The notes beneath the pieces were generated by a model. It was not told the origin of the DNA, ran no database searches, and saw nothing but the letters and a program-made list of their open reading frames with translations. From an uncultured Leptospiraceae bacterium (GTDB lineage: Bacteria > Spirochaetota > UBA4802 > JAGODF01), in the NCBI GenBank assembly GCA_964627815.1, contig CAZVKE010000002.1, forward strand, positions 272,123 to 336,122: DNA of 64,000 nt, read 5' to 3'. Position numbers and translations under genes: made by a program. Below are positions 27,404 to 35,955 of this stretch, one piece after another (the first letter of the stretch is position 1; each line of letters opens with the position of its first letter).

Positions 27404-28327
27404 CTATTTTACTGAATATTTTTCGAGCCACTGGTCGATTTTGCCGAGCCGTTTCATTTCAATGATGAATATGTCGACCTGGTTTTTCAGCATGGTGTCG
27501 CCGAACGGCAGGCCGACGCACAGCTGTTCATGACGGTTGCCGCCCTGAAGCAGGGTGTAAGATCCGCCGTAGGAGGGGTGCATCTGGTACTGCTGTTGAA
27601 GATACAGGGAATCATGGACAAAACCCTGCACGGCGCCTGATTTGAGCGCTTTCAGCCCCTGCGCATTTGTTTTCACCAGAGTTCTCGGAAAATCGGGAAA
27701 TTCGTTTTCGAGCAGTTCCTCGTAGGCGCTGCCCTCTTTGACGGCAAAGCGGAAGCCGCTTGTGCTTTTCAGGTCCCATATCGTCCTGATCGGGCTCTGT
27801 TCGAAGCGGTCGCCGAAGCGGGTCTGCGGAAGCGCCCGGGTGCTCGCCAGTACGCCGGGGGTTATCGAAATGTACGGTTCGGAGAACCAGATGCGCTTTG
27901 CCCTGCGCAGGTTGCGCGAAAGCCCGGCAATTACGATGTCCACTTTTTTGCTTTCAATGGCGCCGACATATTCGGTGAGCTTCATCGGAACAGTCTCGAC
28001 ACTGACGCCGAGGAATCGGCCGAGTTCCTGCGCCATGTCTATTTCCACGCCCTTCTTCCCGGAATGGAAGTTGAGCGGGGGGTAATGCCGTGAAACGCCG
28101 ATGCGGATGACTTTCTTCCCCATAATGCGGTCGTAGGCCGTCTCCGGGGTGTCCCCGGCGGCTGGCAGGGGGGAATATGCGTATACAAGCGTAAGTGCCC
28201 CGGCGAGGATCGGGAGCAGCTTTTTTATTGTGTGATTGATGTACGGCACACGGAGCCTCCCCGCTGATTTTGGAACGATCCTGCCCGCACGGCGCGGATA
28301 CGTTGCGTCGGATAGTATACGCACCAT
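27404..28327 (-). CDS. Periplasmic solute-binding protein, family 3 (amino-acid-binding type)
   Basis: KVIRIGVSRHYPPLNFH...GVEIDMAQELGRFLGV...VDIVIAGLS are SBP_bac_3 hallmarks. There is a signal-like segment (ILAGALTLVYAYS), and the true start may lie internal to the ORF. Confidence 0.7.
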   Translation of the reverse strand: MVRILSDATYPRRAGRIVPKSAGRLRVPYINHTIKKLLPILAGALTLVYAYSPLPAAGDTPETAYDRIMGKKVIRIGVSRHYPPLNFHSGKKGVEIDMAQELGRFLGVSVETVPMKLTEYVGAIESKKVDIVIAGLSRNLRRAKRIWFSEPYISITPGVLASTRALPQTRFGDRFEQSPIRTIWDLKSTSGFRFAVKEGSAYEELLENEFPDFPRTLVKTNAQGLKALKSGAVQGFVHDSLYLQQQYQMHPSYGGSYTLLQGGNRHEQLCVGLPFGDTMLKNQVDIFIIEMKRLGKIDQWLEKYSVK

Positions 28328-28671
28328 TGCGCATATGTTTTTGTGACGAAAAAATCAAGGAAAAATAATAAATTTCAGGAATTCTGTTTGAAATTATTCA
28401 ATAATTGCTGAGATACTGCTCCATGTGTGATAAATGTTTCATCTGTTAGCCCTGTGATTTATTTTTGATAGTAAATAGCTTATTGTGCGGGGATTGCCAA
28501 TGAAGTTTCCATAAAGGACGCTGATAACGGCCGGACAGGCGCTTCCCGGCCGGCTCCGTTGCTCCATACATGCCGCGGTGATCTTCAATTATTTTCGAGG
28601 GTAACGCGTCACCCCTTTGCATGCAATTTCTATTGCCAGAGTGGTTTTTCTGCCATAGGTTGGCTATTTTA

Positions 28672-28700
28672 TATTGACAAATAACAGGCCGTATAATTTA
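28672..28700 (+). promoter_or_regulatory. Candidate promoter of the rpsP operon (TTGACA ... TATAAT with sub-optimal spacing)
   Basis: TTGACAAATAACAGGCCGTATAAT lies ~35 nt upstream of the rpsP GTG. The spacing is 12 nt; an alternative −10 TTTATT is at 17 nt. Confidence 0.35.
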
Positions 28701-28730
28701 TTTCCCCTAATTATTATAGGAGGTATATTC

Positions 28731-28994
28731 GTGGCGGTTAAGATTCGATTACAGAGGGCCGGGAAGAAAAAGATGCCCTATTATAGAGTTGTCGCTGTTG
28801 ACGGCAGGGACAGACGTGACGGCGCTATCATTGAAAACCTTGGACAGTATCAGCCTGTTTCGAAGGATGCCCAGTTTACCGTTAATGAAGAAAAAGTCAT
28901 CAAGTGGCTTAAGAATGGTGCTCAACCAACGGATACTATCGAAAAACTCTTGAAGAAATCGGGAATCTGGAAAAAATTTAAAGAAGCGCAATAA
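28731..28994 (+). CDS. rpsP: 30S ribosomal protein S16
   Basis: GTG start after AGGAGG; VAVKIRLQRAGKKKMPYYRVVAVDGRDRRDG is a canonical S16 N-terminus. Confidence 0.9.
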   Translation: MAVKIRLQRAGKKKMPYYRVVAVDGRDRRDGAIIENLGQYQPVSKDAQFTVNEEKVIKWLKNGAQPTDTIEKLLKKSGIWKKFKEAQ

Positions 28995-29011
28995 CTCCTG
29001 GGGAGGTGGCG

Positions 29012-29248
29012 ATGAATTATAAGGATCTGGTGGAGTACATGGTGAAGTCACTCGTTGACAATCCCGAGAGCGTACAGATCAGAGAAATCGAAGGCGAAAA
29101 ATCTACCATACTTGAATTGAAGGTTACCAAGGAAGACATTGGCAAGGTGATCGGAAAGCACGGACGAATCGCTCGCGCCATCAGAACAATTATCAACGCC
29201 TCAGCAACAAAATCAGGGAAAAGGGTTGTGCTGGAAATACTTGATTGA
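29012..29248 (+). CDS. KH-domain RNA-binding protein (UPF0109/YlqC family)
   Basis: MNYKDLVEYMVKSLVDNPESV...KEDIGKVIGKHGRIARAIRTII is a GxxG KH motif. It sits in the conserved position between rpsP and rimM. Confidence 0.85.
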   Translation: MNYKDLVEYMVKSLVDNPESVQIREIEGEKSTILELKVTKEDIGKVIGKHGRIARAIRTIINASATKSGKRVVLEILD

Positions 29249-29775
29249 ACGAAGAGCATTTTTTACGAATAGGGAAGATCGTGGGCGCTCATGGCTTGCA
29301 TGGGCGCCTTAAAGTTTATGTTACGACCGATTTGCGGGAGCGTTTCACGCCCGGAGAGAGCGTGTTAGTCCGAACGGGCGGCAGATACCGTTCCTGCGCT
29401 GTTGAAGAAGTTGCGGAGTTCAAAGGACAGATCATCATAGTGAAGATTTCCGGCGTTGACGACCGCGACGCGGCAGACGCCATGAAAGGTTACGAGGTAT
29501 TCATCGACCGCTCGTTCGCCGAGGCGACGCGGGACATTCTTGAGAGCGATGAGTACTATTATTACGACATACTCGGCTGTGAGGTTTTCCTTGATGGCGC
29601 CTCCTTCGGTTCGGTGGAGGATATCATCAAGGCCGGAAGCGGCGAGATACTTATTGTTGCCGACCGGAACGGGAAAAAGCATATGGTTCCCTTCGTGAAG
29701 TCGATGGTTGACGTCGAAGGGGTTCGAAACGGCAGGATCGATATCCATCCGGTTGAAGGGCTGCTTGATCTGTGA
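29245..29775 (+). CDS. rimM: 16S rRNA processing protein RimM
   Basis: LRIGKIVGAHGLHGRLKVYVTTD... has RimM N-terminal beta-barrel and PRC-barrel motifs. A TTG start overlaps the KH gene stop. Confidence 0.85.
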   Translation: MNEEHFLRIGKIVGAHGLHGRLKVYVTTDLRERFTPGESVLVRTGGRYRSCAVEEVAEFKGQIIIVKISGVDDRDAADAMKGYEVFIDRSFAEATRDILESDEYYYYDILGCEVFLDGASFGSVEDIIKAGSGEILIVADRNGKKHMVPFVKSMVDVEGVRNGRIDIHPVEGLLDL

Positions 29776-30476
29776 AGTTTACCATCTTCACTCTGTTTCC
29801 GGAGTTTTTCGCCGGTCCGCTCAGTACGGGGCTTCTCGGAAAAGCGGTTGCTTCGGGCATAATCTCCATCGAATGCGTCGATATCAGGGATTATTCCGGG
29901 GATCGGCACCGGCGGTGCGATGATTATACGTACGGCGGCGGAAGCGGAATGGTGCTCAGGCCCGAGCCGCTTTTCAGGGCGCTCGACGCGAAAAGGCCGC
30001 CCGGCGCAAAGGTGGTGTTTCCCACTCCCTCGGGAGTGCTGCTTACCCAGGAGATGGTGAAGCGGTTTTTTTCGCGGGACGATATCTGCATCGTGTGCGG
30101 CCATTATGAGGGTATCGATCAGCGGGTCATCGACCGGTACGTTGATTTCGAGGTGTCACTCGGAGACTATGTGCTGTCGGGCGGTGAATTCGCGGCGCTC
30201 GTGATCGTTGATGCGGTATCGCGATACGTGCCGGGTTTCATGTCCAACGAAGAGTCCCTCTCCGAGGAGAGTTTCGAGAACGGGCTGCTGGAATATCCGC
30301 ACTACACCAGGCCTTCGGAATATGAGGGAATGAAAGTGCCGGAAACGCTTCTTACCGGGAACCATAAGTCGGTTGAGAAGTGGCGTCTTGAGAAAAGTAT
30401 TGAAAAAACCAGGTTGTTACGGCCGGATTTATACAGGGAATATCTTAAAAGAATAATTCGAGGAGAAGTAAAATGA
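29772..30476 (+). CDS. trmD: tRNA (guanine37-N1)-methyltransferase TrmD
   Basis: [13 protein letters not shown]...[17 protein letters not shown]...[12 protein letters not shown]...[11 protein letters not shown] are TrmD SPOUT motifs. The GTG start overlaps the rimM stop. Confidence 0.9.
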   Translation: MKFTIFTLFPEFFAGPLSTGLLGKAVASGIISIECVDIRDYSGDRHRRCDDYTYGGGSGMVLRPEPLFRALDAKRPPGAKVVFPTPSGVLLTQEMVKRFFSRDDICIVCGHYEGIDQRVIDRYVDFEVSLGDYVLSGGEFAALVIVDAVSRYVPGFMSNEESLSEESFENGLLEYPHYTRPSEYEGMKVPETLLTGNHKSVEKWRLEKSIEKTRLLRPDLYREYLKRIIRGEVK

Positions 30477-30910
30477 ACATCGTAAGGGAAATTGAAAACG
30501 CGATAAAGCCCGTTGATCGCGCCATTGATTTTAAGATCGGCGATACGATACGGGTTCACTATAAGATCGTTGAGGGAAACCGCGAGCGGATCCAGGTTTA
30601 TGAAGGACTGGTGATCGCCATCAACAACAAGGGGATCAGCAAGACCTTTACCGTGCGACGGGTATCCTATGATGTCGGCGTCGAGCGGATATTCCCCCTC
30701 TTCTCCACAAGGATCGCCAGGATCGAGCTGGTAAGGCGCGGCAAAGTCCGCAGGGCAAAGCTCTACTACCTTAGAGAGCGCCGCGGCAAATCGGCGAAAC
30801 TCAAGGAGCGCCGTCTCAAACCCGGCGAGAAGATGCCGGCCGTGCCTTCTTCGAAAAGCGATGCTGCGGCGCCCGTTCAGGACAGCGGGGCGGCACAGGC
30901 ATCCGAATAG
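30473..30910 (+). CDS. rplS: 50S ribosomal protein L19
   Basis: [49 protein letters not shown] matches the L19 family. Confidence 0.9.
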   Translation: MNIVREIENAIKPVDRAIDFKIGDTIRVHYKIVEGNRERIQVYEGLVIAINNKGISKTFTVRRVSYDVGVERIFPLFSTRIARIELVRRGKVRRAKLYYLRERRGKSAKLKERRLKPGEKMPAVPSSKSDAAAPVQDSGAAQASE

Positions 30911-31556
30911 GCGGTTCATCATACCTCTTTCTTTTGACATTGAGAAAGAACGGTATTTAAAAGGTTATGCAATAATAGCCGGGGTCGATGAGGCTGGCAG
31001 GGGAGCGCTTGCCGGCCCTCTCGCTCTCGGCTTTGTTGTGTATAGCGCCTCTCTTTACGAGAACCCTCCTGAAATACTGCTGCACCATGTCAACGACTCA
31101 AAAGCACTGAATCACCGGAAGAGACTGAAGGCACTTGATGTCGTGCGGGACAACGCGCTCCATGTGGGCGTCATAATGGTTTCGCACAGAACAGTCGACC
31201 GCCTCAACGTCAACAGGGCAACCGAATACGCGCTGAAAAAGATTGTGGAAATATCCCCGCTCAGACCGGATCTCGTCATTATGGACGGAAAGTTCAATTT
31301 TGATATCGGAGTGCCCTTCATGTCCGTGGTCGGGGGGGACGCGGCATCGCTCAGTATCGCTTCCGCGTCTGTCGCGGCGAAAGTGCGCCGTGATGAGATC
31401 ATGGTAAGGATGGATACGCGTTATCCCGGGTACGACTTTTCGCTTCATAAAGGCTACGGGACCGCGCTCCACCGGCGTCTGATCGCGGATAAAGGCCCGT
31501 CTCCTATCCACCGCAGAACCTATGAGCCTCTGAAAAGCATGCTCAATGAGACATAA
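30861..31556 (+). CDS. rnhB: Ribonuclease HII
   Basis: [26 protein letters not shown]...DSKAL...VIMDGKFNF... carries the DEAGRG catalytic motif. The start is ambiguous: ATG 30861 overlaps rplS by 50 nt, and no canonical start lies between the rplS stop and the conserved N-terminus. Confidence 0.8.
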   Translation: MLRRPFRTAGRHRHPNRRFIIPLSFDIEKERYLKGYAIIAGVDEAGRGALAGPLALGFVVYSASLYENPPEILLHHVNDSKALNHRKRLKALDVVRDNALHVGVIMVSHRTVDRLNVNRATEYALKKIVEISPLRPDLVIMDGKFNFDIGVPFMSVVGGDAASLSIASASVAAKVRRDEIMVRMDTRYPGYDFSLHKGYGTALHRRLIADKGPSPIHRRTYEPLKSMLNET

Positions 31557-31625
31557 AATGCGCATTTTTTCGCAAATCTGCTTGCCATCCATTTTTATAT
31601 ATAGTATATTGCATGAATAAATTTT

Positions 31626-31649
31626 CCCGCTGTATGCGGGTTGTTTTTT
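31626..31649 (+). terminator. Rho-independent terminator after rnhB (or a leader hairpin of the downstream gene)
   Basis: CCCGC-tgtat-GCGGG followed by TTGTTTTTTATT. Confidence 0.6.
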
Positions 31650-31728
31650 ATTAGGGGAGGGCGGATCAGAAACGGGTCTGTTTTCCCGGGGCACTTACTA
31701 TAAAAACATTTTTTGAGGAGGAAGCTTC

Positions 31729-32364
31729 ATGAAAGTTAAATTTTTATCGGTGCTTGCGGCACTGGCGATGGTGTTTACCTTTACGCTGGCGGCACAGGCG
31801 CAGTACGCGGTGACTGATGACGTTATATTCTTAAAAGTAGGATATATCCCCAATTACACTGTTTCCTTTGATGAAGCAGGCATGTCGGATCTTGAGTTTA
31901 AGGGCTTTGCCGGGGCGGCTGAGTATAATATCAACTTCGGAATGGTCTGGCTTGGCGTTGGGCTCGAGTATCAATACGTATATGATAATAAGGCGCTCAA
32001 TTCCACGGATGACTTCACTGCTCAATTCGTACTGCCCCAGGTTAATGTAAAATTTGTGACGGCAGGTGGCTTATATCTGGGTGCGGGTCTTGCGGGAAAA
32101 TATCTCGTATCGAGTGATTGGAGTTCCAGTTATGATTTTGACAAGAAGATTGACCTCTGGGGGAATGCAATCCTTGGTTATGTTATGCCCATAGCCGAAG
32201 GAGTATATTTCAATGTAGAAGGCCGCTTCGGATATAACTTCACCAATGACCAGTGGAAAGAATACGATCAGGCGGGGACGAGTTATAAGCTCAAGATGGA
32301 TTCCGCGTATGATTTCGCGATATATGTCGGCATCGGCTTCCGCGCACTCTCAACAGGTCTGTAG
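31729..32364 (+). CDS. Small outer-membrane beta-barrel protein (OmpW/OmpA-barrel-like, PF13505-like)
   Basis: Signal peptide MKVKFLSVLAALAMVFTFTLAAQA; about 8 amphipathic strands with aromatic girdles. SD GAGGAGGAAG precedes the ATG. Confidence 0.65.
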   Translation: MKVKFLSVLAALAMVFTFTLAAQAQYAVTDDVIFLKVGYIPNYTVSFDEAGMSDLEFKGFAGAAEYNINFGMVWLGVGLEYQYVYDNKALNSTDDFTAQFVLPQVNVKFVTAGGLYLGAGLAGKYLVSSDWSSSYDFDKKIDLWGNAILGYVMPIAEGVYFNVEGRFGYNFTNDQWKEYDQAGTSYKLKMDSAYDFAIYVGIGFRALSTGL

Positions 32365-32525
32365 AAATTTCACCGGAAGGCCGGGCAGAAAGCCCGGCCT
32401 TCTTTATATATCCTCACCTTTTGTCTATCAATTACCGGATGTACGCCCGCTTATGTATATCGATTGACTTTTCTCCCTTGTGCCGATACAGTCAATAAAG
32501 CCGCTTTTTCAGGGTAGAGACAGGC

Positions 32526-33614
32526 ATGAAGATCGAAAGACTTCCATCAATTGCGATATCGGCAAAGACAGCCGCTCATGAGGTGTTGAAAAACCTTGCG
32601 ACCGGAAGCAAAACATCAGCCCGCGTAATCGAGAGGCTTGATGGACAGCACGCAATTCTCGAAATTGCCGGAACACGGATCAGGGCCGAATTTCTGAAGG
32701 GAGTACCGAGGGGTGATTCTTTTCTGCTTGTGCTCGTCGATAAAAAGGGAAGCCAGTATGTTTTTTCACTCGCGCAGCGCGATGAAATCTCGCGGCATTT
32801 TCAGGCGGTGGCACGGGATTTTCTTATTGATGAAGGACGATTTGCGGCTTCCGATCTGTCCAGGCTTTTGCGCGGCCGCGCGGGAACATTGGGCGGACTT
32901 TATGACCTGAACCGTGTGCTGCTCGGTATCCCCCCTGAACGTGAGCGTGACAGGTCGAGGATGGGCCTGCTGAACAGGCTTCAGAAAGCCGGCATATCGC
33001 GGGAAAATTTTAATCTTTTTTATTATCTCTTTTCCCGGAACACAGGTATTAATAATAATTTTCTGTATTACGTAATGTCTGTTTTCGGCGGTGGGAGGCA
33101 CTTGCGGGAATGGGCAAATAGACTTCGGGATGACGCGAACGCTCTTTCCGGCATGCTGGATAACATGATGGATGAGGTACGCGGGAAGATAGATCAGGGA
33201 GTCCTTGAAAAAGATGCAGTGGGGGAATTGTTTTCCATGCTTGCCGGAAGCGTCCCGGGGGATGCGGATATTGCCGATGGGGTGATGCCGCTCGTTGATG
33301 GTGATGAATGGAAGCCCATCCGCTATCTCGGCCGGGAAAAATCGCTCCTCTGCTCGTTCGATCTGTCGGAAATCGGACATGTGGAGATTCTGGCAAAGGA
33401 CTTTGATGATGAAACAAGGATGCTGGTAAGCATGTCAGATGCCGGCACGGCGGAAAGGATGAGGAAAGATGCCGCCGAATTAGTTGATAGAATTAAAAAT
33501 TTTGTTGAAAAAAAAATATCCATGATCATATATAACAGTGACGATGTATTGAATAATATTAATGAACTGTGCAGAATATATCCTTCTCTCTACGGCGTTG
33601 ATGTGAGGGCATAG
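32526..33614 (+). CDS. Hypothetical protein; the N-terminal ~90 aa resemble the FliK/Flg_hook-length C-terminal fold (low confidence)
   Basis: ARVIERLDGQHAILEIAGTRIRAEF resembles the conserved core of flagellar hook-length-control-like domains. The rest is Asp/Glu-rich and uncharacterised. It occupies the slot of B. subtilis ylqG, 5' of a YlqH-like gene. Confidence 0.5.
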   Translation: MKIERLPSIAISAKTAAHEVLKNLATGSKTSARVIERLDGQHAILEIAGTRIRAEFLKGVPRGDSFLLVLVDKKGSQYVFSLAQRDEISRHFQAVARDFLIDEGRFAASDLSRLLRGRAGTLGGLYDLNRVLLGIPPERERDRSRMGLLNRLQKAGISRENFNLFYYLFSRNTGINNNFLYYVMSVFGGGRHLREWANRLRDDANALSGMLDNMMDEVRGKIDQGVLEKDAVGELFSMLAGSVPGDADIADGVMPLVDGDEWKPIRYLGREKSLLCSFDLSEIGHVEILAKDFDDETRMLVSMSDAGTAERMRKDAAELVDRIKNFVEKKISMIIYNSDDVLNNINELCRIYPSLYGVDVRA

Positions 33615-33618
33615 CCGT

Positions 33619-33894
33619 ATGGGCGAGCGGAGGGCCGTTGCACTGGAGTATGATCCGTCATTTTCGGTACCCAGAGTGGTTGCTTCGGCGAGAGCCCTTA
33701 TGGCCGAGAAGCTGATACAGGTCGCCCGGGAATACGGCGTTACAATATACGAAGATCCCGATCTGGCAGTGGCGCTGGGAGCCCTTAACGCGGGGGATGA
33801 AATCCCGGACCATCTGTACAGGGCGGTGGCGGAAGTGCTGGCTTACTGCTACACTATCAACGATGACTTTAAAAGAAAGATACACGGGGCTTAA
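33619..33894 (+). CDS. Standalone FlhB/YscU C-terminal-domain-like protein (YlqH family)
   Basis: AVALEYDPSFSVPRVVASARALMAEKLIQVAREYGVTIYEDPDLAVALGALNAGDEIPDHLYRAVAEVLAYCY matches the FlhB_C / EscU cytoplasmic domain, including a PxxV-like segment in place of NPTH. It is 91 aa. Confidence 0.7.
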   Translation: MGERRAVALEYDPSFSVPRVVASARALMAEKLIQVAREYGVTIYEDPDLAVALGALNAGDEIPDHLYRAVAEVLAYCYTINDDFKRKIHGA

Positions 33895-33903
33895 CAGGTA
33901 ACG

Positions 33904-35091
33904 ATGGCTCAAATGCGGGAAATACCAGTCGAAGATCTCAAACCGGGCATGCGGTTCGACAGGCCGGTATATATCGACAGCAATAATATACTCGTCGGCG
34001 CGAATGTATCCATCAAGGAGGCCGACATTAAGCGCCTTATGAAATGGGGCGTTACGCGGATAGAAACCGCGGGTAGCCTTATATCGACCGAAGAGGAAAT
34101 CAAGCTCGAGCAGAAGATAGAGTCGATGTACCCCGTCGATGTAAGCGCCATTGTCAACAGTTACAACAACCTGCTGAAAAAACGGAAAAACCTGATAGAG
34201 GTGCACCGGAAAGCATGCACTGAAGTTGAGAAGGTACACACCGCGATTAAAAGCAACGAAAAGTTCAACCTCAAAGGAGTCGATGAGGCCCTCGACGGCA
34301 TAATAAAGCTTATGGGTGAGAGCAATAATATCTTTCTCTTCCTGTATGGCCTCGATGAAGGAAAGAATTATCTCGTTGTGCATTCGGTGAATGTCACCTT
34401 TTATTCGATCCTTATCGGCATTGCGCTGAAGTACAGTCAGGAGAAGCTGCACGAGCTCGGCCAGGGGGCCCTGCTTATCGACGCGGGGATGCTTAAAATA
34501 CCGCCCTATATCATGAATAAGCAGTCGAACCTGACAGACCAGGAATATAATCTCGTGCGAACACATCCGCTTCACGGATACCGGGCCATAAAGCAGCTCG
34601 GCGGTGTGAGCGATAAAATCGCGACCGTGTCGCTTCAGCACCATGAACAGTATGACGGCAGAGGGTACCCGCGGGGGATCAAAGGGCATGAAATAGACGA
34701 ATACGCTAAAATCGCGGCCATCGCCGACAGCTATGAGGCCCAGATCTCGAACCGGAGCTATCGTAAGAAACAGTTCTTTTATCATGCCATGCGCAATCTC
34801 CTTTCAAGCGGAGTCAATAAATTCGACCCGGTTATTTTGAAAGTCTTCCTGTCCCGCATGTCCGTCTATCCAATAGGCTCGCTTGTCCGGCTGAACGACG
34901 AGAGCATCGGCGTGGTCATCGGGTCTGTCGCCCAGAAGCCGCTTCGCCCGATCGTGAAGCTCGTGTTCGACAGCGGCGGAAAGCGGATACAGGAAACCCG
35001 CATCATCAACCTTCTTGAAGAGATATCGCTCTTCGTGACCAAGGCCCTCAATGAGGAAGAGGCCGGTGTCAATTTCCTCGATGTGCTCTGA
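33904..35091 (+). CDS. HD-GYP domain protein (predicted c-di-GMP phosphodiesterase) with N-terminal uncharacterised domain
   Basis: HSVNVTFYSILIGIAL...QHHEQYDGRGYPRGIKGHEI...IAAIADSYEA carries HD...HHE..DGxGYP motifs. Confidence 0.8.
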   Translation: MAQMREIPVEDLKPGMRFDRPVYIDSNNILVGANVSIKEADIKRLMKWGVTRIETAGSLISTEEEIKLEQKIESMYPVDVSAIVNSYNNLLKKRKNLIEVHRKACTEVEKVHTAIKSNEKFNLKGVDEALDGIIKLMGESNNIFLFLYGLDEGKNYLVVHSVNVTFYSILIGIALKYSQEKLHELGQGALLIDAGMLKIPPYIMNKQSNLTDQEYNLVRTHPLHGYRAIKQLGGVSDKIATVSLQHHEQYDGRGYPRGIKGHEIDEYAKIAAIADSYEAQISNRSYRKKQFFYHAMRNLLSSGVNKFDPVILKVFLSRMSVYPIGSLVRLNDESIGVVIGSVAQKPLRPIVKLVFDSGGKRIQETRIINLLEEISLFVTKALNEEEAGVNFLDVL

Positions 35092-35110
35092 AGCGGCTGT
35101 GCCTCGTTCA

Positions 35111-35482
35111 ATGACGGGATGTGATTCAAAAGAAAAAGTTAATCTCGGGAAATCCGGGGAGTGTGAAGCTGAACGCTTTCTCGCGGGGCAGGGCTTTGAT
35201 CTTCTCGAACGCAATTTCCGCTACGGCCGGTACGGCGAGATCGACATTATCGCCCTCCGTGAAGGGCTTCTCGTTTTCGTCGAGGTGAAGACGCGTACTG
35301 GCGGCGTCTACGGCGGTCCGCTCTATTCGATAACGAAAAAGAAAATAACATCGCTGAAAAAAACCGCCTCATTTTATCTTGCACAGAACAGCCATCTGAA
35401 CACAAAAAATATTGTCTGCCGGTTCGATCTTATATCCGTATCCGAAAGCGGTATTGAATGGGTACGGGATATCGTCCGGTAG
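35111..35482 (+). CDS. yraN: YraN-family (UPF0102) endonuclease-like protein
   Basis: GECEAERFLAGQGFDLLERNFRYGRYGEIDIIA...VFVEVKTR has the characteristic GEIDlIa / VEVK motif. The start is taken at the internal Met at 35111; the ORF-track start at 35051 would overlap the HD-GYP gene. Confidence 0.75.
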   Translation: MTGCDSKEKVNLGKSGECEAERFLAGQGFDLLERNFRYGRYGEIDIIALREGLLVFVEVKTRTGGVYGGPLYSITKKKITSLKKTASFYLAQNSHLNTKNIVCRFDLISVSESGIEWVRDIVR

Positions 35483-35632
35483 GACGTGAGGCTGTATCCG
35501 GATGGTTTAAATAGTATTATGTCGCATAAAGTGATTCCAGGCCGGATTATGTCTCATTTATTCCGGTTCTCCTGTTTATTTTGAGATATTTTTCGGAAAA
35601 GCGTTCGTGTATCCCCCTTATCATTAAAAAAA

Positions 35633-35656
35633 TGCCCGGTCGGGCTAAATTTTTTT
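35633..35656 (+). terminator. Weak terminator-like hairpin after yraN
   Basis: AAAAAAAT-GCCCG-gt-CGGGC-TAAATTTTTTT. Confidence 0.35.
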
Positions 35657-35764
35657 CCGGTAATTGCAAAGATTCGTTAAGTCGATTTTTAATTCAACCG
35701 ATGGATTAATATGGTCTGAGAATCCCGCTCAAGGAGGAGAGGGTAGGACCGGTAGAGGGGTGCT

Positions 35765-35932
35765 ATGGAAGATCTCATGAACAAGGAGGAGCGTGAGATA
35801 AAACAGAGCAAAATCAACGGCGACCCGCGTCGGATAGACGAGTACAGGAAAAGGATCGCCGATGAACAATATCTGGATCATGCTATTTATAAGATAGCAA
35901 CTGATTTATCTCACTATCTCACACGTTGACAA
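35765..35932 (+). CDS. Possible small protein (55 aa), hypothetical
   Basis: ATG preceded by CAAGGAGGAGAGGG. It encodes MEDLMNKEEREIKQSKINGDPRRIDEYRKRIADEQYLDHAIYKIATDLSHYLTR. It is below the ORF-track length cutoff, and a strong GC palindrome follows it. Confidence 0.35.
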
Positions 35933-35955
35933 TGTAGCGGCGTAACCTCATTCAC

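Noticed and set aside
33658-34785. 375-aa minus-strand ORF spanning the FlhB_C-like and HD-GYP genes
   Set aside because: It is antisense to two recognisable genes, including the HHExxDGxGYP motif region, and has no independent signals.
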